In this document: in pieces, positions 32,218 to 41,168 of the stretch | How the letters are laid out: every line of letters starts with the position of its first letter | Position numbering within the stretch: position 1 is the first letter of the stretch | From: a virus | Lineage: Duplodnaviria; Caudoviricetes | Virus record (IMG/VR): IMGVR_UViG_3300011008_000016 | Location: 32,001-96,000 of that record | DNA: 64,000 nt | Reading direction: 5' to 3' (one strand) | Made by a program: the position numbers and the translations under genes | Notes under the pieces: generated by a model | Databases searched by the model: none | The model's input: only the letters and a program-made list of their open reading frames with translations | What the model was told of the DNA's origin: nothing

Positions 32218-33282
32218 TTAAGTGAACGCTACCTTGTATGCATTAATGATGGTATCCATCATACGAATGGTCTCCCTATAGGCAATCTTCTCAAAGAATC
32301 CCATATGCCGTTTCACGTTTATTAGCATTTGAATATCATTCGTCAAATTAGATAGCCATGTCTGGAATCCAATGTATGTGCAACGTGTCATGTCAGTAAG
32401 CATATGTGTTATGGATTCATTACCATATTCGGCTGTGCCATTTTTAAGTTGGTATAATCTGCCGTCATCCAATTCGTTAGCATACATTCGGGTAGTATAT
32501 AAATACATGACAGGAATGAATTCTACCCAGCCTTCAATATTAGTATATCTGCGTAAAATGGATTGTATTTCTGGCGGATATGACGTAATGCTATCATCAT
32601 TGATTTTTTGATACATATATAATGGTCGCGTAATGTTTTCTCTATAATGAGAAAGGTCACTACTATACCCACCATCTGGCTTAATATCAGATATCATTCC
32701 GAAATAATCGTTCATTGCTTCAGCCTGTTTCGCATTACTGATAACATAAAATTTTTCATCCTTGAATGTATCAATAAGTTGGACATCCCAGCTATCTAAT
32801 CGATGATAATAAAACTTAGTATCTGACGTTTTGAAACATAAGCTTGCAAATTTGTAAGGTAACGGATCATCAAGCTGAGTGATAACATCCGGTATATCGT
32901 TGATAGTAATACCATCTGTCGGTATCATTGAATTATTGGGTGCCCTTTTATCATCTGTTTTTCCATTGCAGAAATCTTTGACAGATGCCAGATCAGAAAG
33001 ATAGATATCCAGCATCTTATTGATCATAAACTTGATATCTTCTAATCTCTCTGGTGAACTATTTAACTCCGACTTATATTCATCCATCATCTTATCAAAC
33101 ATCATCTTGCGAATATTTGATTTTTCGATATCTTTCATAATAGCAGTATCCGTATCTTTAATTACTGCGTTAATAATAACGTTCTGATCATTTTTGATTG
33201 CTTCAGAACCTTCATTCAAAGCTTTTGAATCCTCTTTATTCATATATTCGGATACGGCTCCGAGTGCCGATTTTCCATTCAT
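32218..33282 (-). CDS. hypothetical protein
   Basis: 354-aa ORF with RBS AGGAGG. Confidence 0.7.
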   Translation of the reverse strand: MNGKSALGAVSEYMNKEDSKALNEGSEAIKNDQNVIINAVIKDTDTAIMKDIEKSNIRKMMFDKMMDEYKSELNSSPERLEDIKFMINKMLDIYLSDLASVKDFCNGKTDDKRAPNNSMIPTDGITINDIPDVITQLDDPLPYKFASLCFKTSDTKFYYHRLDSWDVQLIDTFKDEKFYVISNAKQAEAMNDYFGMISDIKPDGGYSSDLSHYRENITRPLYMYQKINDDSITSYPPEIQSILRRYTNIEGWVEFIPVMYLYTTRMYANELDDGRLYQLKNGTAEYGNESITHMLTDMTRCTYIGFQTWLSNLTNDIQMLINVKRHMGFFEKIAYRETIRMMDTIINAYKVAFT

Positions 33283-33339
33283 AAGTCCTCCTTTACTGGT
33301 AAATGGGTTGTAGTCCGAAGACTACAACCCTACCATATG

Positions 33340-34731
33340 TTATTTTCCTTCAAAGTAGCTCAGGAATTTCTTAATTCCTTCTTTCATAATATCAGCAGTT
33401 TTCTCGTCCATCTGATTATTCAAGAGTTGTCCGAGAGTGATGTATAATGCCGAGTGGAAGACTTCATCTTCTTTATTAGGAAGACTCATTCCAAGACTTC
33501 GGATAATAAAGAACACAGTGAAACCTTCTAATCCGGTAGGATAATCATCCAACGGAATTACCTTGTATTCTAAGCTATCCTTCGGATCATTGGATAAGAA
33601 TCCAAATAGATTAAGATTGATCTTTGCCGTTTTGAGTTTTCCCTGATACCGTTTTCCGATATCCTGAATCTTGTTATCATTCCGGAAATCCTTCAGAGCA
33701 TTATCAATGATTGAAGGTCTCTTTTCAACCAATTCAATCATATTTTCCAATGTATACGCTGATCGGATTGCCTTAGCCTTTTTCAACTCAGCTTTTTTAC
33801 GTTTATCATCTTCCCGGATAAGGGTCGGCATCTTTTTTGTAACCATATCATCCAACGTATGGTCATCCATGTCCTTGTTGGTTGATGTTACATATTTCCG
33901 ATAAGCTTCCGCCAGTGCATCCTCATCAGTCGGTTTCTCCGAACGCTCAATCAAAAACTTTACGTACTTATAGAGCGTATTACTGTTCATATTCAGAGCG
34001 TTGTTGATATCTGCTGTAAGTTCAGCCGTCGCTTCATCAAGTTTCTTGGTTTCTTCTTCAATCTTTGCCAGATATTCATCATTCTGTTTAAAGTAAAGAA
34101 GCATACCCCTCTTGAACTGAAGTTCATCTGATTTATTATTGACGGCTGTCTCCCCGCTGAGTTCCAGAATCTCATGTGTTATCGGATGTTCAAAGAATGA
34201 TTCAATTCGTTCATTTACCTTTTTATCAGTGATTGGTCCTTCCAGATGCTTATTCAATGCATCAAACGAATCCCATTTATCCAAATGATATTGGATAACT
34301 TCATCGGGAGTATTGATCGCCCCTTCAACATCTCCCAAGGATACGTTTTTCAGGTTCTGAAATGAATGAGAGGCAATTTCATGCTTCTGGGCTCTTGCAT
34401 TATTCATATTCTGCTTCATATTGTTAAGCTGGGCTGTAGTTTTGATGAGTTCGGTAGACTTTTCAAAATCGATGGAATCGAAATCAATCTCCTCCGCCTT
34501 TTTTGATGAATCTTTAACCTGTACCGGATTTTGATTGTCATCCAGTGAAGTCCCATAACTTTCTGGTTCATCAGGGATCGCATAAGAATCCATCTTAGGT
34601 TCATCTCTCATTCTCATACGGTCTTTAATGACCATTGGTTTATCTTCCTGAATCGGAGATGGTGCATTTACAAATTCATCTCTTTCCTTTCCTCCGAAAT
34701 CATGTATGACCATTGCATTAGAATCCATCAT
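33340..34731 (-). CDS. hypothetical coiled-coil-rich protein
   Basis: 463-aa ORF with RBS AAGGAG. Confidence 0.7.
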   Translation of the reverse strand: MMDSNAMVIHDFGGKERDEFVNAPSPIQEDKPMVIKDRMRMRDEPKMDSYAIPDEPESYGTSLDDNQNPVQVKDSSKKAEEIDFDSIDFEKSTELIKTTAQLNNMKQNMNNARAQKHEIASHSFQNLKNVSLGDVEGAINTPDEVIQYHLDKWDSFDALNKHLEGPITDKKVNERIESFFEHPITHEILELSGETAVNNKSDELQFKRGMLLYFKQNDEYLAKIEEETKKLDEATAELTADINNALNMNSNTLYKYVKFLIERSEKPTDEDALAEAYRKYVTSTNKDMDDHTLDDMVTKKMPTLIREDDKRKKAELKKAKAIRSAYTLENMIELVEKRPSIIDNALKDFRNDNKIQDIGKRYQGKLKTAKINLNLFGFLSNDPKDSLEYKVIPLDDYPTGLEGFTVFFIIRSLGMSLPNKEDEVFHSALYITLGQLLNNQMDEKTADIMKEGIKKFLSYFEGK

Positions 34732-34743
34732 TGTTTCTCCTTT

Positions 34744-35535
34744 CTAAATGTTTGATAGGTGAGTTCTGATGTCAGAACGTAATGACATGGATATATCATC
34801 CGCATAAGACCCAACTTCACCACTTATATACTGCTGATAAAAATCTCCCATCAGCATATCCTGATTGTAGTATGATATGATGTTGGCTATATAATAATCA
34901 CCATCATCGATCGTATCAAGAAACTCTGTTGCCTCAATTCCTGCTTCAGAAGAAATATACCGGATTACTTCATCCAGATTTGATAGAATCGGCACATTAT
35001 CTTTCGGTATATTCTTTTTCCGATTGGCTATGGTGGTAATATCACCACTTCTGGCATTGAGTCCCATTTGATTAGCAATGTCTTTTTTGTTACAGTCGAT
35101 ATACTGGATAAAGAAGTTGATTGTATTCCGATGTTTATCCAGAACAAAGAAATGATACAATGTTTCCAGTATATCTAATGAGCCATCAACTGACTCTTCG
35201 TTTATGTTGTTATATCCTAAGTTGTACTGGTTTATGATTGCGTGGATAAGTTGATTTGACCAATCAACTATTTCAGAACGAATACCCCTGATAGAATCAT
35301 CATCCGCATTTTCTTCAATGGCTCTGAACTTTCTGATAACGATTTCTAAGAAATCTCTTGTCGCATTGAAACCGTTTTCTATTTGGTCTCTAATGGATGT
35401 TTCCATTATGGGTAGCGACAATGATTCTAATAAGGAATCCGTACTTTGAGAGGCAATTTCCTCTACTGATAAATCTTCAATGTATTGTCCCACGACGCTT
35501 ACCTCCTTTGATATAATTACTTTTAATGTAACCAA
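34744..35535 (-). CDS. hypothetical protein
   Basis: ORF; the real start is probably the GTG near 35493, after AGGAGG. Confidence 0.65.
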   Translation of the reverse strand: MVTLKVIISKEVSVVGQYIEDLSVEEIASQSTDSLLESLSLPIMETSIRDQIENGFNATRDFLEIVIRKFRAIEENADDDSIRGIRSEIVDWSNQLIHAIINQYNLGYNNINEESVDGSLDILETLYHFFVLDKHRNTINFFIQYIDCNKKDIANQMGLNARSGDITTIANRKKNIPKDNVPILSNLDEVIRYISSEAGIEATEFLDTIDDGDYYIANIISYYNQDMLMGDFYQQYISGEVGSYADDISMSLRSDIRTHLSNI

Positions 35536-35621
35536 AGTATTTGTTTCTTATGAAAAAACTTACCAACCACGAATTTGTTGTACAATAAAATAATACTCAT
35601 ACAATATAGGAGGGAAATGAT

Positions 35622-35939
35622 ATGACATATACTGAAATTACAATCAATACGGAAGACTACAATCAAGTGTATCTTGGTGATGCAACGATTGAGTTTGTCC
35701 CATCTTATCGTAACGGAAGTAATAATGGAATGCTCTGTAAAGTCAGTGTATTCGGGAAAGTTGCGTTCTCTGCACCTATCACCAAGGATAAAACTATCTG
35801 TATTTGCGGGAATGTTACCGGAAAAACCCAGAAAGTATATGTTAAAGTTAAGGGAAGTCTTAATTATACTCCGGGAAATTATGGGAAGGTAACATCTACA
35901 TTCCGTATCGGCATAGATGTAAAAGACCGTGTACGATAA
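35622..35939 (+). CDS. hypothetical beta-rich protein
   Basis: 105 aa; RBS AGGAGG; TACA-N6-TAA at 35581. Confidence 0.65.
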   Translation: MTYTEITINTEDYNQVYLGDATIEFVPSYRNGSNNGMLCKVSVFGKVAFSAPITKDKTICICGNVTGKTQKVYVKVKGSLNYTPGNYGKVTSTFRIGIDVKDRVR

Positions 35940-35999
35940 CAATGACAATCGAATAATGAAGTAACGGTGGAAATCCAAACCACCGTTACTTCAGTGTCG

Positions 36000-38525
36000 T
36001 TATATCCACCCATCATCATTGTGGGATTTCTTTTTGGTACCAAATGCCGTATATTCCATACTGGATGCCTTACGATTATTTAGGTTTGCCCATTTTTCTC
36101 GTAGCATTGATGCTGGGCTATCCGCACTTGGAGACCTATCAACTGTTTGTTTTCCATATTCGGGATCAGCTTGTACCAAATCCTTTACAATAGAGCCCAT
36201 TTCATTATCAGCAACGGCCCGTAATGTCATACTCTTCTTTTCTTTGTATTTCTCTTCCAATCTGGTACGAACAGTACTTTCGTAGAATTGAGTCATTGTA
36301 GGGAATTGAGCACGAATAAGAGGGTTCTTATAAAGCTCTTCTAAGTTCTCAAATTCTTCATCGAGAACCATATCATCTGGTAATTCCCCTTTATGGAATC
36401 CATAACGTTCTAACTTTTCACCAAAATAGTATGCGTACATTGCAATACACCACGACATAACACAGTCATCGTGTTTATCAGCCGCAGCTTTAATGATATC
36501 ATTCTTTATAACCAGATTCTTAATGTCTTCCACTAAGTTTTCTGATCTTAGTATGTCTTTTCGGAATTTTACAGAATCTACCAGTATAGACATCATCATT
36601 CTTCTGGTTGTTGTCGTTGTATGAACACCATAATATTTCCGTCTCATCAATTCATCTTTTAAGAATCCTACATTATCGTATTTGTCTCTTGTAAGAAGTG
36701 TTTCAGGAGATGCTTCCGAAGAGGCATATATACGACTTTTAATCCAAGAATCTTTAAAGAAATCTATGAGTGTAATACCATTACGGTTACTTTCAACACA
36801 GATAATTGCTTTTGGTATCCATTTTGTAAGCATATATTCCAACAATTCTCGACACCCTTGTGGAGACATATATTCGTTCTTAAACTCAATAACAGTTTTA
36901 AACGTATATGGATCTATAACGGTCATTGCGTAATTATCAGAGCCAGTACCATCGGATGGGTCAAGTCCCAAGAAGTAAATTCTATTTTTTCTTATCTCTT
37001 CTTGAGGTACGTAGAATTTAATCTCATACATTCCGCCTTTTCCGAACTTAACAACTTCAACTGGTTTCTGTTGATTTTCATCAAGTTCAGTGATATCTTC
37101 TTCACTAAACGGTGACATATTGTTACCGGAGAACCTTTGAAGTAAGATTTCCCTACGAATCTTTGGAATGTTATTACCAACCGTAGAGCAAGCTCTTACA
37201 AACCAAGCTTCCCCAAGTCCCAATTGTTTGTAATTATATTCGATGTAAACAACTCGATAGTTTGTCTTCTTGACGATATACTTTTTAAACTCTAAAGGAT
37301 GTACATCGTAATATTTTTCACTCCAGACGACAGAATCTTCTACGATTTTTAGTGCAGAACCGCACTTCTTTTCGTTTGATAAGTCTCCCGGAGTAGTAGC
37401 AAACATCCGACATGAATGCATCCCATTCATTAGAGCGTTATATGAAGCTGTATTGAATGCCATACCTGAGACCTGTACAGTAGTTTCAATACAAGTGGTG
37501 AATTCTGCTTCATCAAAGAACTCAAAGTTATGAGTATCGCCACGACCAAGTTCGTCAGCAGTTTCTTCTGATATGGCACAATGCATAACATCCGCAGTAT
37601 TTCTGGTTACAGGTTCTGCGTATTTCGTAATGTTATTTGTTTTCTTAACAAGTCTACCAGAGTTATCATATGTTTTGGAACCCATATTAGCCATATATTT
37701 AGGGAGTAGACCAATATAAGTTACCATTCTCTTTAAGTTGGCTTTACTATTCTTTTCTTTATTGGCATAAAAAGCAAATCCACCATTGGTGATACCGAAC
37801 TTAAATGCCCAAGATAAGAAAGCACATAACCCAACCGATTTTCCAGTCTGTCGAGGTTTGATTAAATAGAAATTGATATCATTAATGAAACAATATGCTG
37901 CTGCAAGTGTCGCTCTATCTAATTCAAATTGTACAACACCCGCACCCTGTTGGGGTATTCTTACAACCTCTCTTAAATAATAGAAGAAGTTCAATTGACA
38001 TTCTTCTATGACCATCATTGCAACCTGAGGAGAGATATTCGGGTCGTGTGGATCTACTCCCTTTAGTTTGGGATTCAATAATAATAAAAAGAATTCATTA
38101 TTCCGAATCCCAAGCATCTTTAATTGCTCATGTACCTTTAAGAATGACTTATTCTTTGTTTCATGATCATAGATGGGACGCATTGCCCTATATCCGTTAA
38201 AATATGCCGGATTTGATACATCAGGGGAAATCGTTTGATGTATAGTATTACTTGATGGTGACTCATTTTTTGTGTCACCATCAAGTATTCTTTTCACAGC
38301 ATTATCATCCAGAACAGGAGAATCTTCAATATCTGTATTTACTACTTGTATATCTGGATTATCTGCGTTTATTTGGCTCATTCGTACCTTCTGTATCATA
38401 TCAGAAAGTGTCATTTGTTTTGGTTGATATGTTACTTGTACTTGCTCCTCTGATGTTTGTCGGGGTTCTTCATTACCGGCAGTTCTAAACTTAGGTCGAA
38501 GTTTTGATATGGGAGCGTATACCAA
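36000..38525 (-). CDS. terminase large subunit
   Basis: KPRQTGKS Walker A, FFDEAEF Walker B, TTPG, LGLDPSDG and KHDDCVMS nuclease motifs, VESN. Confidence 0.92.
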   Translation of the reverse strand: MVYAPISKLRPKFRTAGNEEPRQTSEEQVQVTYQPKQMTLSDMIQKVRMSQINADNPDIQVVNTDIEDSPVLDDNAVKRILDGDTKNESPSSNTIHQTISPDVSNPAYFNGYRAMRPIYDHETKNKSFLKVHEQLKMLGIRNNEFFLLLLNPKLKGVDPHDPNISPQVAMMVIEECQLNFFYYLREVVRIPQQGAGVVQFELDRATLAAAYCFINDINFYLIKPRQTGKSVGLCAFLSWAFKFGITNGGFAFYANKEKNSKANLKRMVTYIGLLPKYMANMGSKTYDNSGRLVKKTNNITKYAEPVTRNTADVMHCAISEETADELGRGDTHNFEFFDEAEFTTCIETTVQVSGMAFNTASYNALMNGMHSCRMFATTPGDLSNEKKCGSALKIVEDSVVWSEKYYDVHPLEFKKYIVKKTNYRVVYIEYNYKQLGLGEAWFVRACSTVGNNIPKIRREILLQRFSGNNMSPFSEEDITELDENQQKPVEVVKFGKGGMYEIKFYVPQEEIRKNRIYFLGLDPSDGTGSDNYAMTVIDPYTFKTVIEFKNEYMSPQGCRELLEYMLTKWIPKAIICVESNRNGITLIDFFKDSWIKSRIYASSEASPETLLTRDKYDNVGFLKDELMRRKYYGVHTTTTTRRMMMSILVDSVKFRKDILRSENLVEDIKNLVIKNDIIKAAADKHDDCVMSWCIAMYAYYFGEKLERYGFHKGELPDDMVLDEEFENLEELYKNPLIRAQFPTMTQFYESTVRTRLEEKYKEKKSMTLRAVADNEMGSIVKDLVQADPEYGKQTVDRSPSADSPASMLREKWANLNNRKASSMEYTAFGTKKKSHNDDGWI

Positions 38526-38530
38526 TTATA

Positions 38531-39865
38531 TCACCCCTCATATCCTGCTGGATATTTTACGTAAATGCCGTATTTATCCCCGATATTATCGACATTCTTT
38601 GACAAAATCTCTTTTCTCATTTCATTAAGTCTATCCAACCTGTCATCTTTAGGCAGATTCAGAACTCTACCCTTTGCTGCTTTAATCTGTTTTGTTTCCT
38701 CCTCTTTGATGGCATCAATGCAGTCATAGACTTTATGTATGAAATACATTTTATCTTCTGGTGTCTTGATATCATCAATCTGAACCTGAAGTACATCAAG
38801 GTCTCGTGATGTTACTTTCATTGCTTCAGTTATAGCAGATTCAGCCGCTTTCTTCTGCTGGTCATATTCCCTATTATATGCGTTTTCCATAAGGGACTTT
38901 GATGTCGAGGTTGTATACTTATCATCACCAGGGTCGTATCCAGTAAGGTTACGTCCAACGAAAGTCATAAGTTTCTTCTGGAAATGACTATTTGTCGGAT
39001 TGTTATATTGAGCCTGAATCTGCCGATTCAACATATCCCTACGATCCCGTAGCATTTCAACAGAATCCCTGGATAACTCAATACCGACTTCCTGCTCTTT
39101 GTCGAATGATTTTCCGTCTACAACCATTCGAGAACCTTCAGGAGAAGTAAGCAGATTTTCATTCATATAAGAAACTAATGCGCCCTTATATTCATCAGGT
39201 ACATAAGCATCCGCAGCCATTTCGCAAGCTTTCTGATCGTGCCTATCTCGAACGACAATAAAGAATTCCAATGTATGAGTAAACATCGGAAGAAGTATCG
39301 CCCTAACAATTCGGCTATTAGAAAGCATCATTTTCTCTAACATAGAAAATTCAAGGGACTTCACTTTGTAGTTATTGATAAGTCGAATCGGATTCTCTGT
39401 CATAACATGACCGATTTCATGACAAAGAAGTGCTACAAACTGTCGTCCATCCGTTACACATAAACGGTTTCCTTTTGTCAACACCCTTGTATCAATTTCA
39501 ATATGCCATTCATGAATTTCTGCCCATTTCCGGACAAACTCTGCATTGTTAGACCTTGGATTCGTGAGAATCTTAGTGAGTTCGTCTGACTTTGCATAGA
39601 GTTCACTGATATCGGGAGTTATTGACATAACAAATGCTGTTTTCGCATTCTGATTCCATGTAATAGTGACTCTCTTTGAAGGCATCAATGTGTTAGGAAT
39701 AACCCTTGCAAGAACATTATTTAGGCTCATAGCCATTGCTGGATTATTCTGTTTACTACTCAAAAAATAATTGACTTCATCCTCAATAATCTTGAGTTGA
39801 GCCAATTCTGATGTTGAGAATGTACTCATTATAGTATGTCTCCTTTCTTTATTCGTATAACTCAA
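38531..39865 (-). CDS. putative virion protein with a zincin metallopeptidase motif
   Basis: LLCHEIGHV plus downstream EMAAD; late-type motif upstream at 40140. Confidence 0.6.
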   Translation of the reverse strand: MSYTNKERRHTIMSTFSTSELAQLKIIEDEVNYFLSSKQNNPAMAMSLNNVLARVIPNTLMPSKRVTITWNQNAKTAFVMSITPDISELYAKSDELTKILTNPRSNNAEFVRKWAEIHEWHIEIDTRVLTKGNRLCVTDGRQFVALLCHEIGHVMTENPIRLINNYKVKSLEFSMLEKMMLSNSRIVRAILLPMFTHTLEFFIVVRDRHDQKACEMAADAYVPDEYKGALVSYMNENLLTSPEGSRMVVDGKSFDKEQEVGIELSRDSVEMLRDRRDMLNRQIQAQYNNPTNSHFQKKLMTFVGRNLTGYDPGDDKYTTSTSKSLMENAYNREYDQQKKAAESAITEAMKVTSRDLDVLQVQIDDIKTPEDKMYFIHKVYDCIDAIKEEETKQIKAAKGRVLNLPKDDRLDRLNEMRKEILSKNVDNIGDKYGIYVKYPAGYEG

Positions 39866-40130
39866 TTCCTAATTCTTTTAATTCTTCCGGACTTAACTGG
39901 TCTAATCCTAAACCCGCCAATGCTTCTTTCTGAGTAATTGGTTGATTCGGGTCCCAAGGTTCATATCCAGATTCTATGAGATGCCCGATAAAAGCATCTA
40001 TGTCACAACCTGCATCTTTGAGTTTTAAGTCATCCCATTTTCCAGATTCAAGTTGTCTCTTTGCATATTCCCGATAAGCTTCTTCATTTGTACTGTAAGG
40101 TGTATCCATAAGAAACTCCTTTCTGGCCAA
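39849..40130 (-). CDS. hypothetical protein
   Basis: short acidic ORF; start probably the ATG at 40109 after AAGGAG. Confidence 0.55.
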   Translation of the reverse strand: MARKEFLMDTPYSTNEEAYREYAKRQLESGKWDDLKLKDAGCDIDAFIGHLIESGYEPWDPNQPITQKEALAGLGLDQLSPEELKELGIELYE

Positions 40131-40214
40131 TAGTTTATCTTAGAATTGTGTTGAATACGAGCATTCTAAATCAAATTCGTGATGGTGGATTATTCATGAA
40201 TATATTAAATCTTT

Positions 40215-40385
40215 ATACATAAGATAACCAATAACCATTTACTACTTAGATAAAGCGAAAATGCAGAGATACAGAAGTTAAGGAGCTATCAATTCGTATT
40301 ACAACTCTACGAAAGATAACCTTATTTCTGCATCTCTGCATTTTTCGTAGCAAGGGGGCGAAAGCCCCCTTCTACCCGTTTTTTG
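40215..40385 (+). ncRNA. candidate small RNA: long hairpin plus terminator
   Basis: TATATTAA at 40201; about 28-bp stem between 40255 and 40348; GC hairpin at 40352-40371 plus T-run; no ORF. Confidence 0.6.
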
Positions 40386-40390
40386 TATAT

Positions 40391-40443
40391 TTCCAAAATT
40401 CCGGTTCACAGACTTTTCGCAACTATATTAAATACTTAGATAT
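40391..40443 (+). repeat. promoter/leader repeat, copy 2
   Basis: 49/53 identical to 20453-20505; contains TATATTAA at 40424. Confidence 0.9.
40424..40431 (+). promoter_or_regulatory. representative early-type promoter motif TATATTAW
   Basis: also at 8759, 13546, 20486, 40201, 45998, 50567, 53271 and 59224 (+) and 15, 7340 and 25873 (-), in intergenic DNA. Confidence 0.75.
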
Positions 40444-41010
40444 ACAGAATAAATCCAAAGATAATGCAATTAGAAAGGAACATTATCAGATTCTATATAT
40501 CGAGTCTATAGAAAGGAGTGAACCTTCGGTGAAAAACATTTGGTCAAACTTGGCACTTGCTACAACAGGGAAGCATAATCCAAATTATACAGGTGTCCAA
40601 GCGATGAGTGATTTACAGAAGAGACTGCCTGCAAGTACAAGGATTGCTACTCGTAATGTGTCCGCATTACACGTAACCCAAGACTTGCAAGGCAGTCTCA
40701 TTCTTCTGTAAGTTACCACCGTCAACCAGTGGTGATTGGTAACCGCAGTTTCATGGACGAGTATGATTCACATCGTTCAAATATTGCGGATAATCCCGAA
40801 CTGTTTGAATCTGACATTAATCAGATAATGGCAGTTCTGGGTTAAATCCCATCATTACGACATACCATCCATTCTAATTCTGCAATTATCAAATTGTTAT
40901 AATATAAATAATCTATTAGAATATGATGGTATGAGATGGTGCTACAGAAATCGTACCTTGACAACTGAATAAAATAGGGGTGGTCGGTCGCGACTCAACC
41001 ACCCCCCTTA
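40440..41010 (+). ncRNA. candidate large structured RNA (about 550 nt)
   Basis: successive long stems (40613-40711, 40733-40790, 40792-40844, 40861-40933), boxA-like GTACCTTGACAACTGAATA at 40953, GC hairpin at 40977-41006. Confidence 0.6.
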
Positions 41011-41097
41011 CACTATACACCCTATGATAATTTATAGGGCCGCAGGTATATCCCGCGATTAATAAAATGTTATGTGTAGTTTAAATTATAATGATTA

Positions 41098-41146
41098 AAA
41101 CCGTAAAGGGTAACGACGATAGTTACCCTTTACGGTTTATTTTTTT
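41098..41146. terminator. intrinsic terminator downstream of the major capsid gene
   Basis: AAACCGTAAAGGGTAAC...GTTACCCTTTACGGTTT perfect 17-bp inverted repeat. Confidence 0.85.
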
Positions 41147-41168
41147 GTACTGTTTAACCGAACATTGC

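Noticed and set aside
40440-41010. tmRNA, RNase P RNA, tRNA or group I intron identity for the structured region
   Set aside because: I could not find tRNA-like ends, the RNase P GAGGAAAGUCC motif or P/Q/R/S elements by eye, so it is left unassigned
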